Notes: generated by a model not told the origin, from the letters alone. 64,000 nt of DNA from Eledone cirrhosa (GCA_964016885.1 OZ024762.1:12772001-12836000), one strand, 5' to 3'; shown: positions 1-13,915, numbered from the stretch's first letter. Translations and numbers: made by a program.

Positions 1-309
1 GATAAAAGGAAAGGTAGAGGGGGAGGGAGGGAGAGAGGATGAAAAGAGAAAGTGAAAATGAGAGAGGGAGAGAAAGAAAGAAAGGATGAGAGAGACGGAG
101 AGAAAGGATGAGAGAGAGGGAGGGAGAGATAGAGGGAGAGAGAGAGAGAGGGAGGGCGTGGTGGTAAAACTTGAGCTGTTCTCTTTTGGTCGTTGATGTC
201 AATGAGATGTCATCTTCGGGTTACCATAGTCCGGAAGTGGATGTAGAATATTCCCTCCCCACCTCCACACACATACATGTATGTATATGTATGTATGTAT
301 ATATGTTTG

Positions 310-367
<58 letters not shown>

Positions 368-437
368 ATATATATATATACACATAAATATATACATATA
401 TATATATAAATTTCATTTTTAAATACAAAAACTAGAA

Positions 438-1172
438 ACACCACCCTTTCCATCAAAACACCACCCTCCCACTAAAGCACCACCTTCCCACCAAAACACC
501 ACCCTCCCACCAAAACACCACCTTCCCACCAAAACACCACCCTCCCACCAAAACACCACCCTCCCACCAAAACACCACCCTCCCACTAAAACACCACCCT
601 TTCCATCAAAACACCACCCTCCCACTAAAACACCACCTTCCCACCAAAACACCACCCTCCCACTAAAACACCACCCTTCCCACCAAAACACCACCTTCCC
701 ACCAAAACACCACCCTCCCACTAAAACACCACCTTTCCACCAAAACACCACCTTCCCACTAAAACACCACCTTTCCACCAAAACACCACCTTCCCACCAC
801 CCTCCCACCAAAACACCACCTTCCCACCAAAACACCACTCTCCCACCAAAACACCACCTTCCCACCAAAACACCACCCTCCCACCAAAACACCACCCTCC
901 CACTAAAACACCACCTTCCCACCAAAACACCACCTTCCCACCAAAACACCACCCTCCCACCAAAACACCACCTTCCCACCAAAACACCACCCTCCCACCA
1001 AAACACCACCTTCCCACCAAAACACCACCCTCCCACCAAAACACCACGCTCCCACTAAAACACCACCTTTCCACCAAAACACCACCCTCCCACCAAAACA
1101 CCACGCTCCCACTAAAACACCACCTTTCCACCAAAACACCACGCTCCCACTAAAACACCACCTTCCCACCAA
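438..1172. repeat. 19-bp minisatellite (AAAACACCACCCTCCCACC)n, ~38 copies
   Basis: Direct tandem periodicity; source of the VVFWWEGGVLV ORFs. Confidence 0.95.
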
Positions 1173-1681
1173 AAATATGTAGTGGCCTTGGACCAATACT
1201 AGCAAATATTAAAGATATAAATCATTATTCAGAGACAAACAGAGAGAGAGAGAGAGAGAGAGACGCACACAAGCTGGAGATGAAAACATCACCACCATCA
1301 CTGTTATAACTACCACCACCACTACCACCACCACCATCACTGTTATAACTACCACCACCACTACCACCACCACCATCACTGTTATAACTACCGTCACCAC
1401 CACCACCACCTACATCATCATCATCATCATCATCATAACTACCATCACCGCCGCCACCACCATTATCTTAATTACCACCACTACCACCCCACCACCCCTA
1501 CTACCACCCCACCTCTCCTACTACCACCACCATGCTCATCATCAAGACACCCCCCCCCCCCACTATCACACTACACCACCCCAACTAATTACCTCACAAA
1601 TTGACTATAATTATAGAATCCTAACCTACATTCTATAATTACAACTGAAGCGGCCATATTTATCTGGTTTGAGTGTCTTTA

Positions 1682-2212
1682 ACTACCACCACCACTACTA
1701 CCACCACCACCACTACTACTACTACCACCACCACCACTACTACTACCACCACTACTACTACTACCACCACTACTACTACTGACACCACCACTGCTAGCAC
1801 CACCACTACTACTACCACCATCACTACTACTACTACCACCACTACTACTGACACCACCACCACCACCACTACCACCATCACTACTACTACCACTACTGAC
1901 ACCACCACCACCACTACTACCACCACCACCACCACTGCCACCACCGCTACCACCACCACCACCACCACTGCTACCACTGCTACCACCACCACCACCACTG
2001 CTACCACTGCCACCACCACCACCACCACCACCACTGCCACCACTACCACCACCGCCACCACTGCTACCACCACCGCCACCACTGCTACCACCACCGCCAC
2101 TGCTACCACCACCACCACCACTGCCACCACTGCTACCACCACCACCACTGCCACCACTACCACCACCACCACCACCACCACCACCACCACCACCACTACT
2201 ACTACTACCACA
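1682..2212. repeat. (CAC/TAC)n trinucleotide array
   Basis: Seen directly; poly-T/poly-V ORFs are artefacts. Confidence 0.95.
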
Positions 2213-2329
2213 CACATTGTCTCCAAGTGTATATTCTGCCAGGAGTTGTGGCCAGTTGATAGAATCAACAATGGAAACATTTCCTTGGTTTGATTAGAGA
2301 AGATCTCAGCCCTCACTCGGTAAGGGGGG

Positions 2330-2515
2330 GGCTGAGATCTTGTCAACTGAGCTCGATGTTGGTTTACTACAGTAAGGGACCAACCTTAACACACACTGTC
2401 TCATGCTGAATCTCCCTGAGAACTGCAGTCAGTGTGGTGGAATACTCAGCCACTTATACGAGACAAGCAGGCTGTTCTGTTGATCAAACAATTGGAATAC
2501 ATGTTGATGGAATTG
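2330..2515 (+). mobile_element. SINE body fragment, same family as 48575-48790
   Basis: Shares GCTGAATCTCCCTGAGAACT with the reverse complement of 48578-48600. Confidence 0.55.
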
Positions 2516-2691
2516 TGTTAACATCTAATGATGTCACATGGGTGCAGCTAGCTGTTGTGATGAATGCACAACAGCGCCATGCTGGTGTGACAGAAATACG
2601 TATATTTAATAGATATCATTATGCAACTGCTACCTTAATGTTTATCTCATAACTATATATATATATATGTTTATCTTGAGTTCAATCGGAG

Positions 2692-2738
2692 CTTCCTGAT
2701 GATTTCTCCCGAATGAAACAGTTCTAGTCCTGTAGGAG
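2692..2738 (+). ncRNA. Type I hammerhead ribozyme motif
   Basis: CTTC-CTGATGA-T TTC tccc GAA T-GAAA-CAG ttctagtc CTG-TA-GGAG; GUA cleavage triplet; weak stem II. Confidence 0.6.
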
Positions 2739-2743
2739 GTATT

Positions 2744-2785
<42 letters not shown>

Positions 2786-2786
2786 T

Positions 2787-3452
2787 ATTTATTAAAATAA
2801 CAGATTAAAGTTTAAGCAAAGAATCGCTGCTTTCACCCTTAACGGGATCTTCTGAAACTAACAAAGTCAATCTGTAAACGCAGAACTGGATATTTCAAAA
2901 AACGTTGCAACCGGAGGAAGACAGGAAGACGATACTTTGGTTCATGGTAACGTTCGCTGGCAAAGAACGGGAAAAAACGAATAATACGTCATTAATAGGA
3001 GCGGTGAAAAACAATTACGCGCAAAGTCAGAACCACGTTTATGGTATAAAAGAGGTCGAAGACTAATGTTCTCTAAGTGGTGCATAGAGACGTTCTCTGG
3101 CAATGAACGAAAAAACGAAGATAATAAGTCATATGTGGAGCGTGGAGAACAATAGCACGCAAAGACAAAACCACGTAAATGGTATAGCAGAAGTTGTAGA
3201 CTAAAATTCTAACTAGGAGACCGAATGAATCTCCGCTACAGAGTTAAGAACAAAGTAAATAAATACAATACAGAAATATATACAGGTATTAAAGATGCAA
3301 ATTAATTGCGTCCATAGGTGGTGTGCCAAGACGAACACTCTTAGGGGCGTGGGTCTACATGTGAATATATATCTGAGGAGCTTCTGATTCCAGGGTCATT
3401 AATAGATCATTCCTCGAGCAGATCGGCAGTGAAACATATGTAATAGGTAATT
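2787..3452. mobile_element. Penelope-like/non-autonomous island in (TA)n; 2787-3075 is an inverted copy of 4520-4806
   Basis: Reverse-complement match; internal ~140-bp duplication; hammerhead motifs near both ends. Confidence 0.55.
3370..3445 (+). ncRNA. Type I hammerhead ribozyme motif with long stem II insert
   Basis: TAT-CTGAGGA-GCTtCTGAT...ATCGGcAGT-GAAA-CATATG-TA-ATA; palindromic minimal stem III; GUA triplet; only 3-bp stem I. Confidence 0.55.
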
Positions 3453-3496
3453 ATATATGTATATGATGCAACACTGATTCTTTGTTCCCTTATATC

Positions 3497-4011
3497 ATCA
3501 TCATCATCATCACCGTTTTACGTCCGTTCTTCCACACTAGCATGGGTTAGACGGGTGGTCCTGTTGTGGGCAGTGTCTGGTCGGCTGACCATGCCTTGCT
3601 CATACAGGAACTGATTTGGCTTGATTTCTACAGCTGGATGCCCTTCCTAACACCAACCTCATTTACAGTGAGTGCTGGGTGCTTTTTTTCCGTGGCGCCT
3701 ACACGTCCACTTTACAGTGTGGGCTGGGTGCTTTTTTGCCGTGGCACCTCCACGACCACCTTGCAGTGGGGGGTGTGGGGGCATATTGTTTATATGCTTC
3801 AGCTTGTACCCATGGGAGGTCGGGTACTCTGTATTACTGCGTGACGCCAGAGGTCACGGTCGTGTGTCATCGCCTTTGAGAGGTGTAATTGGGTAAGGCT
3901 GGCTTTTATCACCTCATCCCAGGTCATCTTGGGTCTCCCCACTCCGCGGTTTCCATTGACTTCTAGTGCTCTGCACCTTTTTATGCAGCTGTCATCCTTC
4001 ATACGCATCAC
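3497..4011 (-). mobile_element. RTE-clade LINE 3' fragment with 3'UTR and (GAT)n tail
   Basis: Translation VMRMKDDSCIKRCRALEVNGNRGVGRPKMTWDEVI...DRDLWR, typical RTE C-terminus. Confidence 0.85.
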
Positions 4012-4233
4012 AATATATATATATATGCATGAGAAAGGTGTGGTCACCTGACCTAGCATTGCCCACAATAGGACAACTAGTCTAACCCATACTAGTGTGG
4101 AAAAATAGACGTAAAGCAGTGATGATTATGATAGATATATATACACACACACGCATTCACATACACTCACATATGTATATATAACATACACACACACATA
4201 TATACATGTACACACATATATACACATACACAC

Positions 4234-4292
<59 letters not shown>

Positions 4293-4300
4293 CACACATG

Positions 4301-4353
<53 letters not shown>

Positions 4354-4519
4354 TGGGCAGACATACCTCATAATATGGATGCTCTGTCTAACTTATGCAA
4401 GCATGGAAAATAAGACGTTAAAAGACGATATATATATATGCGTATATATATATATACGCATATATATATATATAATATATATATATACGCATATGGGAAC
4501 GTCTCTATGAACCACCTAA

Positions 4520-4890
4520 GAGAACATTAGTCTACGACTTCTTTTATACCATAAACGTGGTCCTGTCTTTGCGTGTAATTGTCTTTCACCGCTCCTATTA
4601 ATGACGTATTATATTCGTTTTTTCCCGTTCTTTGCCAGGGAACGTTTCCACGAACCAAAGTATCGTCTTCCTGTCTTCCTCCGGTTGCAACGTTTTTTGA
4701 AATATTCACTTCTGCGTTTACAGATTGACTTTGTTAGTTTCAGAAGATCCCGTTAAGGGCGAAATCAGTGATTCTTTGCTTAAACTTTAATCTGTTATTT
4801 TAATAAACCTACTCCAAAAACTGTTGAGTGCTTTTATATCAGTTATAAAATATTTACTCGTTGTAACCCAACAATTTTAAATAAAACTTT

Positions 4891-4894
<4 letters not shown>
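4520..4894. mobile_element. Second (inverted) copy of the 2787-3075 element
   Basis: ~290-bp reverse-complement identity; bordered by (TA)n. Confidence 0.75.
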
Positions 4895-4941
<47 letters not shown>

Positions 4942-5147
4942 TTGAGGTCAACTTACAAACAACAAAGCCAAAATGGCAACAAGTTAGTCACAGTTGATGG
5001 TGTTGTGTTTAACAAAGCTGAACACAAACCTGTCCTGCTTTCATCATGTGCTGATGAGGGCCTACAAAGTTCATGACCTTGGTGACCCAACATCCCACCC
5101 ACACCACCCTCTGCTCCTTCTGACTAAGCCAATAATATATATATATA

Positions 5148-5572
5148 TCATCATCATCGTTTAACATCCATCTTCCACGCTAGCATGAGTCTGGACGGGA
5201 ATTGTCCCACTTGAGGCAAGATTGGTTGTCTTGCTCAGGACTGGCAGGTTTTCTACGGCTGGATGCCCTTCCTAACACCAACCACGTTTACAGTGTGGAC
5301 TGGGAGGTTTTTACCGTGTTACCTACACGGCCACATTACAGCGTGGACTGTTTTTTTTTTGTCGTGACACCTACACGACCTCATTTATTTAGGACTGGAT
5401 GTTGTGGTACCAACATAACTTTACACCGAAAGAGGTGGTGTAGATGGCGGTGGGGGTAGTCGGACGGGGTGTGTATTTTGGTTAAGAGGTGCCTACTGAC
5501 TGTAGGTTTCGCGATGTACTCAGGCAAGGCGGGTCTTCTGTATTACTACGTAGCACCAAAGATCTCGGTCCA
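5148..5572 (-). mobile_element. RTE 3'UTR-related fragment (family of 3497-4011; tails also near 4060-4128, 4375-4430, 58245-58370)
   Basis: Shared CCACGCTAGCATG and CTGGATGCCCTTCCTAACACCAAC motifs and (GAT)n tail. Confidence 0.75.
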
Positions 5573-5584
5573 GTATATATATAT

Positions 5585-5734
5585 GAAATTCAGGGGGTTT
5601 AACAGAAATTCTTTATAAAGAGATTGACCAAAACAAATCGAGTGTTTATTTGTTGTGACCTCCGGCATTGAAATAAATTTCATTAGACTGAAAAATTTGT
5701 TAATTGTATTCCTTATAACGGAATTTTACCTGTA
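5585..5734. mobile_element. Decayed pogo/Tigger-like MITE (family of 17646-17828)
   Basis: Terminus TTATAACGGAATTTTACCTG-TA matches the 17646 element. Confidence 0.6.
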
Positions 5735-6164
5735 TATCTTTTAACAGTCATTAGAGTGGCCATACTACAGCACTTAAGACTGCAATGGAGAGCCTTCAAA
5801 GGTGTTGATCTTAGCACCAAAACCCAACCCCTCCTTGTAACTAATCCATTAAAATGATTTCCACTATAGGAGCAAGGCGAGCAATTTTAGGGGAGGGGAA
5901 AGTCAATTAAATTGACCCCAGTGCATTACTGGTACTTTATTTCATTGGTATATAAGGTCTGGGATCTTGTTGATTGAGTCGATTGATCAATTTAATCAAT
6001 AAAATTAAGTCAATCTTTTTATGAAAACAAAAGAAATTGATTTAATCAACTATTATTTTTAGTGACTTATTACAGTTATTTTTCCTGTTGGGAGGCTCAC
6101 ATCTCACATTTTCAAATTAATGAAGAATTTTGAGGGATTTGCTAAATTTATTTATTATTTCATT

Positions 6165-6705
6165 GGCTTCTGGCTGCCACTGGTCAGGTCAGGTCAGGCT
6201 GCCACTGGTCAGGCCTGGCTGCCACTGGTCAGGTCAGGTCTGTCTGCCACTGGTCAGGTCTGTCTGCCACTGGTCAGGTCAGGCTGCCACTGGTCAGGTC
6301 AAGTCTGTCTGCCACTGGTCAGGTCAGGTTTGGCTGCCACTGGTCAGGTCAGGCTTCTGGCTGCCACTGGTCAGGTCAGGCTTCTGGCTGCCACTGGTCA
6401 GGTCAGGCTTCTGGCTGCCACTGGTCAGGTCAGGCTTCTGGCTGCCACTGGTCAGGTCAAGCTTCTGGCTGCCACTCGTCAGGTCAGGTTTCTGTCTGCC
6501 ACTGGTCAGGTCTGGTTGCCACTGGTCAGGTCAAGTCTGTCTGCCACTGGTCAGGTTTGGCTGCCACTGGTCAGGTCAAGCTTCTGGCTGCCACTGGTCA
6601 GGTCAAGCTTCTGGCTGCCACTGGTCAGGTCAAGCTTCTGGCTGCCACTCGTCAGGTCAAGCTTCTGGCTGCCACTGGTCAGGTCAAGCTTCTGGCTGCT
6701 ACTGG
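6165..6705. repeat. ~22-27-bp minisatellite GGCTGCCACTGGTCAGGTCAGGCTTCT
   Basis: Tandem periodicity; merges into the 5' end of the element at 6678. Confidence 0.95.
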
Positions 6706-7020
6706 TACCATGTAACTCAGTACAACCTGCTTCATGGTCTAGCGGTCAGCGACTGAACCAGCTTCCCCACCAGACCCTGGTCTGTTGAGGAGAGTAAGTG
6801 GAACCCCAGCAACAAGAACTCTTAAAAAGGCTGATGAACTCCTCAGAGTCAACAGCCATTCACCCCAACTATAGGTTAAATAACCTTACCACCCCACAAC
6901 TGGCCAAGCGTGGTGAGTACTGGCATAACCAACACCAAACAGAAAACTGTGGAGGTCAACTAGAGAGGGGGTTCCTCCAACAGGAGTGAGAAGGACCCCT
7001 GGAGTGGATTGGAAGATACG
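6678..7020 (+). mobile_element. Diverged relative of the 5' end of the 11467-12072 element
   Basis: Aligns by eye: GTCAGGTCA..GCTACTGGTA.CATGTA..CAGTACAACCTG..TCATGGTC..GCGACT.AAC..GC..CCCCACCA. Confidence 0.65.
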
Positions 7021-7310
7021 AACTTCACATAAGATCATTCTATAAAATTCTGCTGGAAGATTGATCTAAATACTAAAGTCATTACCTTTATGTAAAGCCG
7101 CCGCCACCACCACCACCACCACCACCACCACCACCACCACCACTACCACCACCACCACTACCACCACCACCAACAACAACAACAATCCTACCTCCACGTG
7201 GTGCCAGATGAAAGGGTGAGGCTCCTACAAAAGAGAAAATAAAAGAAAATTCATGAAAGAGTTATAAATACAGAATTATAGAAGAATTTGTGAAATAAGG
7301 AGTTATAAAG

Positions 7311-7664
7311 TAGAAATATGGTAATGAAAGGGTTAATGACATAGATAGTGTCTTTCATTAGAAATATGGTAATGAAAGGGTTAATGACATAGACTGTGTC
7401 TTTCATTAGAAATATGGTAATGAAAGGGTTAATGACATAGGTAGTGTCTTTCATTAGAAATATGGTAATGAAAGGGTTAATGACATAGATAGTGTCTTTC
7501 ATTAGAAATATGGTAATAAAAGGGTTAATGACATAGACTGTGTCTTTCATTAGAAATATGGTAATGAAAGGGTTAATGACATAGTGTCTTTCATTAGAAA
7601 TATGGTAATGAAAGGGTTAATGACATAGTGTCTTTCATTAGAAATATGGTAATGAAAGGGTTAA
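7311..7664. repeat. 44-48-bp minisatellite containing a piggyBac-like terminus (AAAGGG-TTAA), ~7.5 copies
   Basis: Unit TAGAAATATGGTAATGAAAGGGTTAATGACATAGATAGTGTCTTTCAT; similar sequence at 57701-57736. Confidence 0.85.
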
Positions 7665-7879
7665 TAGAATGTATTGTTTATCAGGCAAGAACAACGTGGC
7701 ATTTTGTTAAAGACAATAGCTGAGGTTTTATATCACTGTTGAAGATAAGTTATCAACTAGGTCTGTTTATATAATTAACTATCCAGAGTTGTGTGAGTTG
7801 TGTTTTCTAAACATAGGTCCAAAGTTTACCACATAAGTGTGACACATAGCTGAGGAGTCATGTAGACGTTGAAACACAT

Positions 7880-8212
7880 GGGTATTTACCACCCTAGACT
7901 AGCTCTACAATGTATACCTGGATATTTAGTACCCTAAGCTAGTCCTACAATGTGTACCTGGCTATTTAGTACCCTAGGTTAGCCCTACATGTGTACCTGG
8001 GTATTTAGTACCCTAAGCTAGTCCTACAATGTGTACCTGGCTATTTAGTACCCTAAGCTAGTCCTACAATGTGTACCTGGCTATTTAGTACCCTAAGCTA
8101 GTCCTACAATGTGTACCTGGCTATTTAGTACACTAGGTTAGCCCTACAATGTGTACCTGGGTATTTAGTACCCTAGGTTAGCCCTACAATGTGTACCTGG
8201 GTATTTAGTACA
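7880..8212 (+). repeat. 40-bp satellite family, array 1
   Basis: Unit GTATTTAGTACCCTAGGTTAGCTCTACAATGTGTACCTGG. Confidence 0.95.
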
Positions 8213-8685
8213 ATATATGAACAATCATCTGGTTGTGGAACCAACCAACCAACCGAAAATTTATAATAAATTGAAGTGAAAGCAACTGGTGCGTGTGTTT
8301 CTTATTGGCAACATGACCCTCGCAAAGTATAACAATATCGGTCTCAACACACGTTTTCAGATAAAGAATCTTGCTAAACAAATTCAGAAACGATATATAT
8401 ATATATAATTAACGTTTAAAGTCCATTTTCCACTATTGCATGGGATATATATGTATATATATAGGCATACATACGTATACGAGAGGGAGATAGAGAGAAA
8501 AAGGAAGGAAGGAGAGAGGAGAGGGGGGGAGAGAGAGAGAGAGAGAGAGAGGTGTCACCAATAGTAGACGCTACTTACATTATTGACCCTGAAAGGATGA
8601 CTGAAAAGTGGAAGTTGAGATTTGAACTGATAAAACAAAGGGAGACAACTATGTAGCACAAGTGGCTTTGTTCGATTACTTCTGT

Positions 8686-8864
8686 GTAATTGCTGGCCTT
8701 GTGCTAAAAGTAGAAACAATTATTATAAGTTACGGCCCTTTATGGTCTGAGTTCAAATCCCGCTGAGGTTAACTTTGCCTTTCATCCTTACGGGGTCGAT
8801 AAAATAAAGTACCAGTAATACACTGGGTAATTGCTGGCCTTGTGCCTAACGTAGAAACAATTAT
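8686..8864 (+). mobile_element. tRNA-derived SINE (5'-truncated)
   Basis: B-box GAGTTCAAATCC followed by GCCTTTCATCCTTACGGGGTCGATAAAATAAAGTACCAG core. Confidence 0.9.
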
Positions 8865-9385
8865 AGCAATGTTGATAGATAACGCCAAATGTTGGATATA
8901 TAGGGAGAGAGAGGGGGGGGGTTGAGATAGATAGAGATAGATAGATAGAGAGAGAGGGTAGATAGATAGATATATACGGAGAGGGGGAGGGGGGTTAGAT
9001 AGAGATAGATAGATAGATAGATAGAGAGAGAGGGGGGGGGGTAGATAGATAGATATATACGGAGAGGGGGGGGTTAGATAGAGATAGATATATACGGAGA
9101 GGGGGGGGGGGTTAGATAGAGATAGATATATACGGAGAGGGGGGTGGGTAGAGATAGATAGATATATACGGAGAGAGAGGGCGGGTAGAGATAGATAGAT
9201 AGATAGATATATACGGAGAGGGGGGGGGGGTAGATAGAGATAGATATATAGGGAGAGAGAGGGCGGGTAGAGATAGATAGATATATAGGGAGAGAGGGGG
9301 GGGGGGTAGATAGGGAGAGCAAGATATATAGAGAGATGGGTATATAGATTTAGAGAGATATAGATAGACAAACAGAAAGATACCC

Positions 9386-9417
<32 letters not shown>

Positions 9418-9769
9418 ATGTTGATAGATTTAGATATATAAATAGGAGATATATGTATTAGATAGATTGACATTATAGAGAGAGAGAGAGAGAGGTGAAT
9501 GACTGGAGGTAATATATGCTGAAGGTCATGACCTTATAATGGGAAAGTGTATATATATATGTATATATACATATATGTATATATACATATATGTATGTGT
9601 ATATATGTATGTATATATATATGTATGTGTATATATGTATGTATGTGTATATATGTATGTATATATGTATATGTATGTATGTGTATAGATGTATTATATA
9701 TATATGGATATTTAACCATTTAACTACATACATATTTATACACACAGAGATATACACATACACATATAT

Positions 9770-9832
<63 letters not shown>

Positions 9833-10382
9833 TATATACATATACACAAGTGTGTTATAAAAATACAATATGTATATATGTATTATATATATATGGATAT
9901 TGAACCATTTAACTACATACATATTTATACACACACACATATATATACACACACACATATATATATATATATACACACACACACATATATACATATACAC
10001 AAGTGTGTTATAAAAATACAATATGTATAGATGTATTATATATATATGGATATTTAACCATTTAACTACATACATATTTATACACACACAGATATACACA
10101 TACACATATATATACACACACACATGTATATATATACACACACACACATATATACATATACACAAGTGTGTTATAAAAATACAATATTGGGAAACCTTTT
10201 AACCAGTTTAACTGGTTAAAAGGTTTTTTTTCATAAATGAAACTTTGGATTCTAAATTTGTTTGTGTATGTGTGTGTATATATATATACACTTATATTCA
10301 CATGCACACACATACGTGTGTGTGATTACTCAAATACACGTGTGCATGTGTGAACATACATACACATATGTGTGTATGTGTG

Positions 10383-10415
<33 letters not shown>

Positions 10416-10717
10416 GGTGTCCCACAAATGTATATACACTTCAGCATTGTAATCAAAGTGTGCATGCAATATATATATATTTTATACTAGTTACTATACA
10501 CACACACATATATATATATATATACATACATTTATATATACATACATTTATATATACATTCATTTATATATATATATATATATACATACATTTATATATA
10601 CATTCATTTATATATATATATATATATATATATACATACATTTATATATACATACATTTATATATATATATATATATATACATACATTTATATATATATA
10701 TATATATATATACATAC

Positions 10718-10751
<34 letters not shown>

Positions 10752-10801
10752 TAAAAAACTATATATATATATACATACATTTATATATATATAGTATAAA
10801 A

Positions 10802-10840
<39 letters not shown>

Positions 10841-11030
10841 CATTTATATATATATATATATATATACATACATACACATACATTTATATATATATATATA
10901 TATATATATACATACATTTATATATATATATATACATACATTTATATATATATATATACATTTATATATATATATATATATACATTTATATATATATATA
11001 CATTTATATATATATATACATACATACATT

Positions 11031-11074
<44 letters not shown>

Positions 11075-11093
11075 CATATATATATATATATAT

Positions 11094-11127
<34 letters not shown>

Positions 11128-11271
11128 CTATATACACATACATATATATATACATATATATATACACATACATATATATATATATACATACATATATATA
11201 TATACATACATATATATATATACATACATATATATATATACATACATATATATATATATATACATACATAC

Positions 11272-11340
<69 letters not shown>

Positions 11341-11466
11341 CATACATACATATATATATACATATACATATATATATATATACATACATACATATATATA
11401 TACATACATACATATATATATACATACATACATATATATATATACATACATATATATATACATACA

Positions 11467-12070
11467 TGGTGGCTGCCAACTCGTTTTCGAGTACGGCCAC
11501 TACTTTATATCCATGTAGGAGAACCCCTACCGATGCGCTGAACGAGTGTGACTTTTTAGTCCAGCCAGCGACTTGAAAACTCTGGTACAAACACTACACT
11601 TGTGACAATTATTGACACATAGTGCTGGGCCCTTGGTACCATGTGACAAGTGCAGAGAGATCTCCAGATATAAAGCAATGCCTGTGCCGTGAAGCTTTTA
11701 TAGTGAGCAAAGGCACTGCACAAAGCCAGTCCCACTCTCTTAACCAAGATGATATTTACCAAAAAGAAGAACAAGTCAACATCATTGGATACCATCAGGG
11801 TTGCAGGTGTTATATCAGAGTTTTCCTTCTCCTAGAATTCTGCCTTGACAAAGGCTAAGGGGTCATCTCTCCCGGTGATTTTGGATGGCCATTGACTCTT
11901 ACGAGCTCCTTTGCCCTTTGACAGGTTTTGTTTTTAGTCCTGCAGGATGTCCAAAGTCACCCTCCTCACCAAGAAACCTTGGTGGGGTTGCCAGTTTAGT
12001 CGCCAACGACCCGACCATGAGACAGGTTGTACTGGGATACATGTTACCAGTAGCACCAACTGGTGACCTG

Positions 12071-12072
<2 letters not shown>
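11467..12072 (-). mobile_element. ~605-bp non-autonomous RTE-related retroelement in (TA)n, copy 1
   Basis: Near-identical to 44927-45532; carries CTAGGAGAAGGAAAACTCTGA, recalled as an RTE 5'-region motif; no credible ORF. Confidence 0.8.
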
Positions 12073-12101
<29 letters not shown>

Positions 12102-12136
12102 CATATATATATACATACATACATATATATATATAC

Positions 12137-12169
<33 letters not shown>

Positions 12170-12539
12170 CATACATATATATATATACATACATTTATAT
12201 ATATACATACATTTATATATATATATATATATATACATACATTTATATATATATATACATACATTTATATATATATATATATACATACATTTATATATTA
12301 TTAATCGGCTCAGTATTTATTTATACTTTATACTTGGAGCTTAATAGTTACAGGGTTCCAATTGAGTTTTAACTCTAATTTTCATATATATATATATATA
12401 TATACATTTATATATATATATACACATACATTTATATATATATATATATACATTTATATATATATATATATACATTTATATATATATATATATATACATT
12501 TATATATATATATATATATACATTTATATATATATATAC

Positions 12540-12584
<45 letters not shown>

Positions 12585-12638
12585 GTCATGTATGCTTGCA
12601 TATAGATATTTTATACAACTTACTATACACACACACAC

Positions 12639-12669
<31 letters not shown>

Positions 12670-12709
12670 GTCATGTATGCTTGCATATAGATATTTTATA
12701 CAACTTACT

Positions 12710-12773
<64 letters not shown>

Positions 12774-13882
12774 TGGACACATGAGTGACAAAGAGATGGT
12801 CCCTATGCATGCTAGAAATAGCAGCCTCATCAGTAAAATGCTACACATTACAAGGAAGGACACATTGAAGAATTATTGTCCTAGATATACTATGCCTGCT
12901 GAATGACGGGATGGGCACAAGTGGAATGTCTCTGATCACATGATTGGTTGGATCTAGGTTGACCAGTGGGTGGAACCACCCCACCAACACCACTACCTGC
13001 ACTGCTACTACTGCCATCACTACTACTACTGCCACCACCACCATCACTACCACCACACCACCGCAATCACTACCAGCACCACCACCACTACCACCACACC
13101 ACCACCATCACTACCACCACACCACCGCAATCACTACCAGCACCACCACCACTACCACCATACCACCACCACCACCACCATCACTACCACCACACCACCG
13201 CCATCACCACCACCGCCACCATCACTACCACCACCACCACCACCACCATCACTACCACCACACCACTGCCATCACTACCAGCAGCAGCACCACCACCACC
13301 ACCACCATCACCACCACCACCACCATCACTACCACCACACCACCACACCACCGCCATCACTACCAGCACCACCACACCACCATCACCATCACTACCACCA
13401 CACCACCACCACCACCATCACTACCAGCACCACCACCACCACCACTACCACCACACCACCGCCATCACTACCAGCACCACCACCACCACTACCACCACCA
13501 CCACCACCATCACCCCCACCACCACCACTACCACCACCACCACCACTACCACCATTATTATTATAAAACAACTATGGAATGAAAACAATCCAACGATTTG
13601 TCGACCTATTAAACCCATCCTTCTTCCAATTATTGTTTTAATGGCAGGAAGGACACATTAGATAATGTAGTCCTAGATACATAGTACCGGCCGGTAACCC
13701 CCCCCCCCCCCTAGTGGCTTGTTCTGTAAGGTACTGTTTGGATCAGGATTTGAGGGTCATTCGATTGGTGTTTTTAGCAGATTATATATATATATATATA
13801 CACACACACACATACACATACTTATATACACTGCGATGCATAATATATACACATAGATACATATATACACACATGCATATAT

Positions 13883-13915
<33 letters not shown>

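Noticed and set aside
5051-5075. CTGATGA hits (also 6830, 12826 minus, 36331)
   Set aside because: No properly placed GAAA or flanking stems
7850-7885. CTGAGGA-GTC atgta GAC-gtt-GAAAC hammerhead-like string
   Set aside because: Three extra bases before GAAA and no stem I/III
10262-11518. Long YI/HT/CV-rich ORFs here and throughout
   Set aside because: Translations of dinucleotide microsatellites that lack stop codons
11556-11858. Recurrent ORFs MLGPWYH.../MYQSFQV... in three places
   Set aside because: Recurrence is due to the repeated element; indels differ between copies
12944-13661. Mucin-like or His/Pro-rich ORFs (also 1673, 24298, 27311, 37842, 42126)
   Set aside because: (CAC)n-derived arrays open in several frames with no splice or domain support
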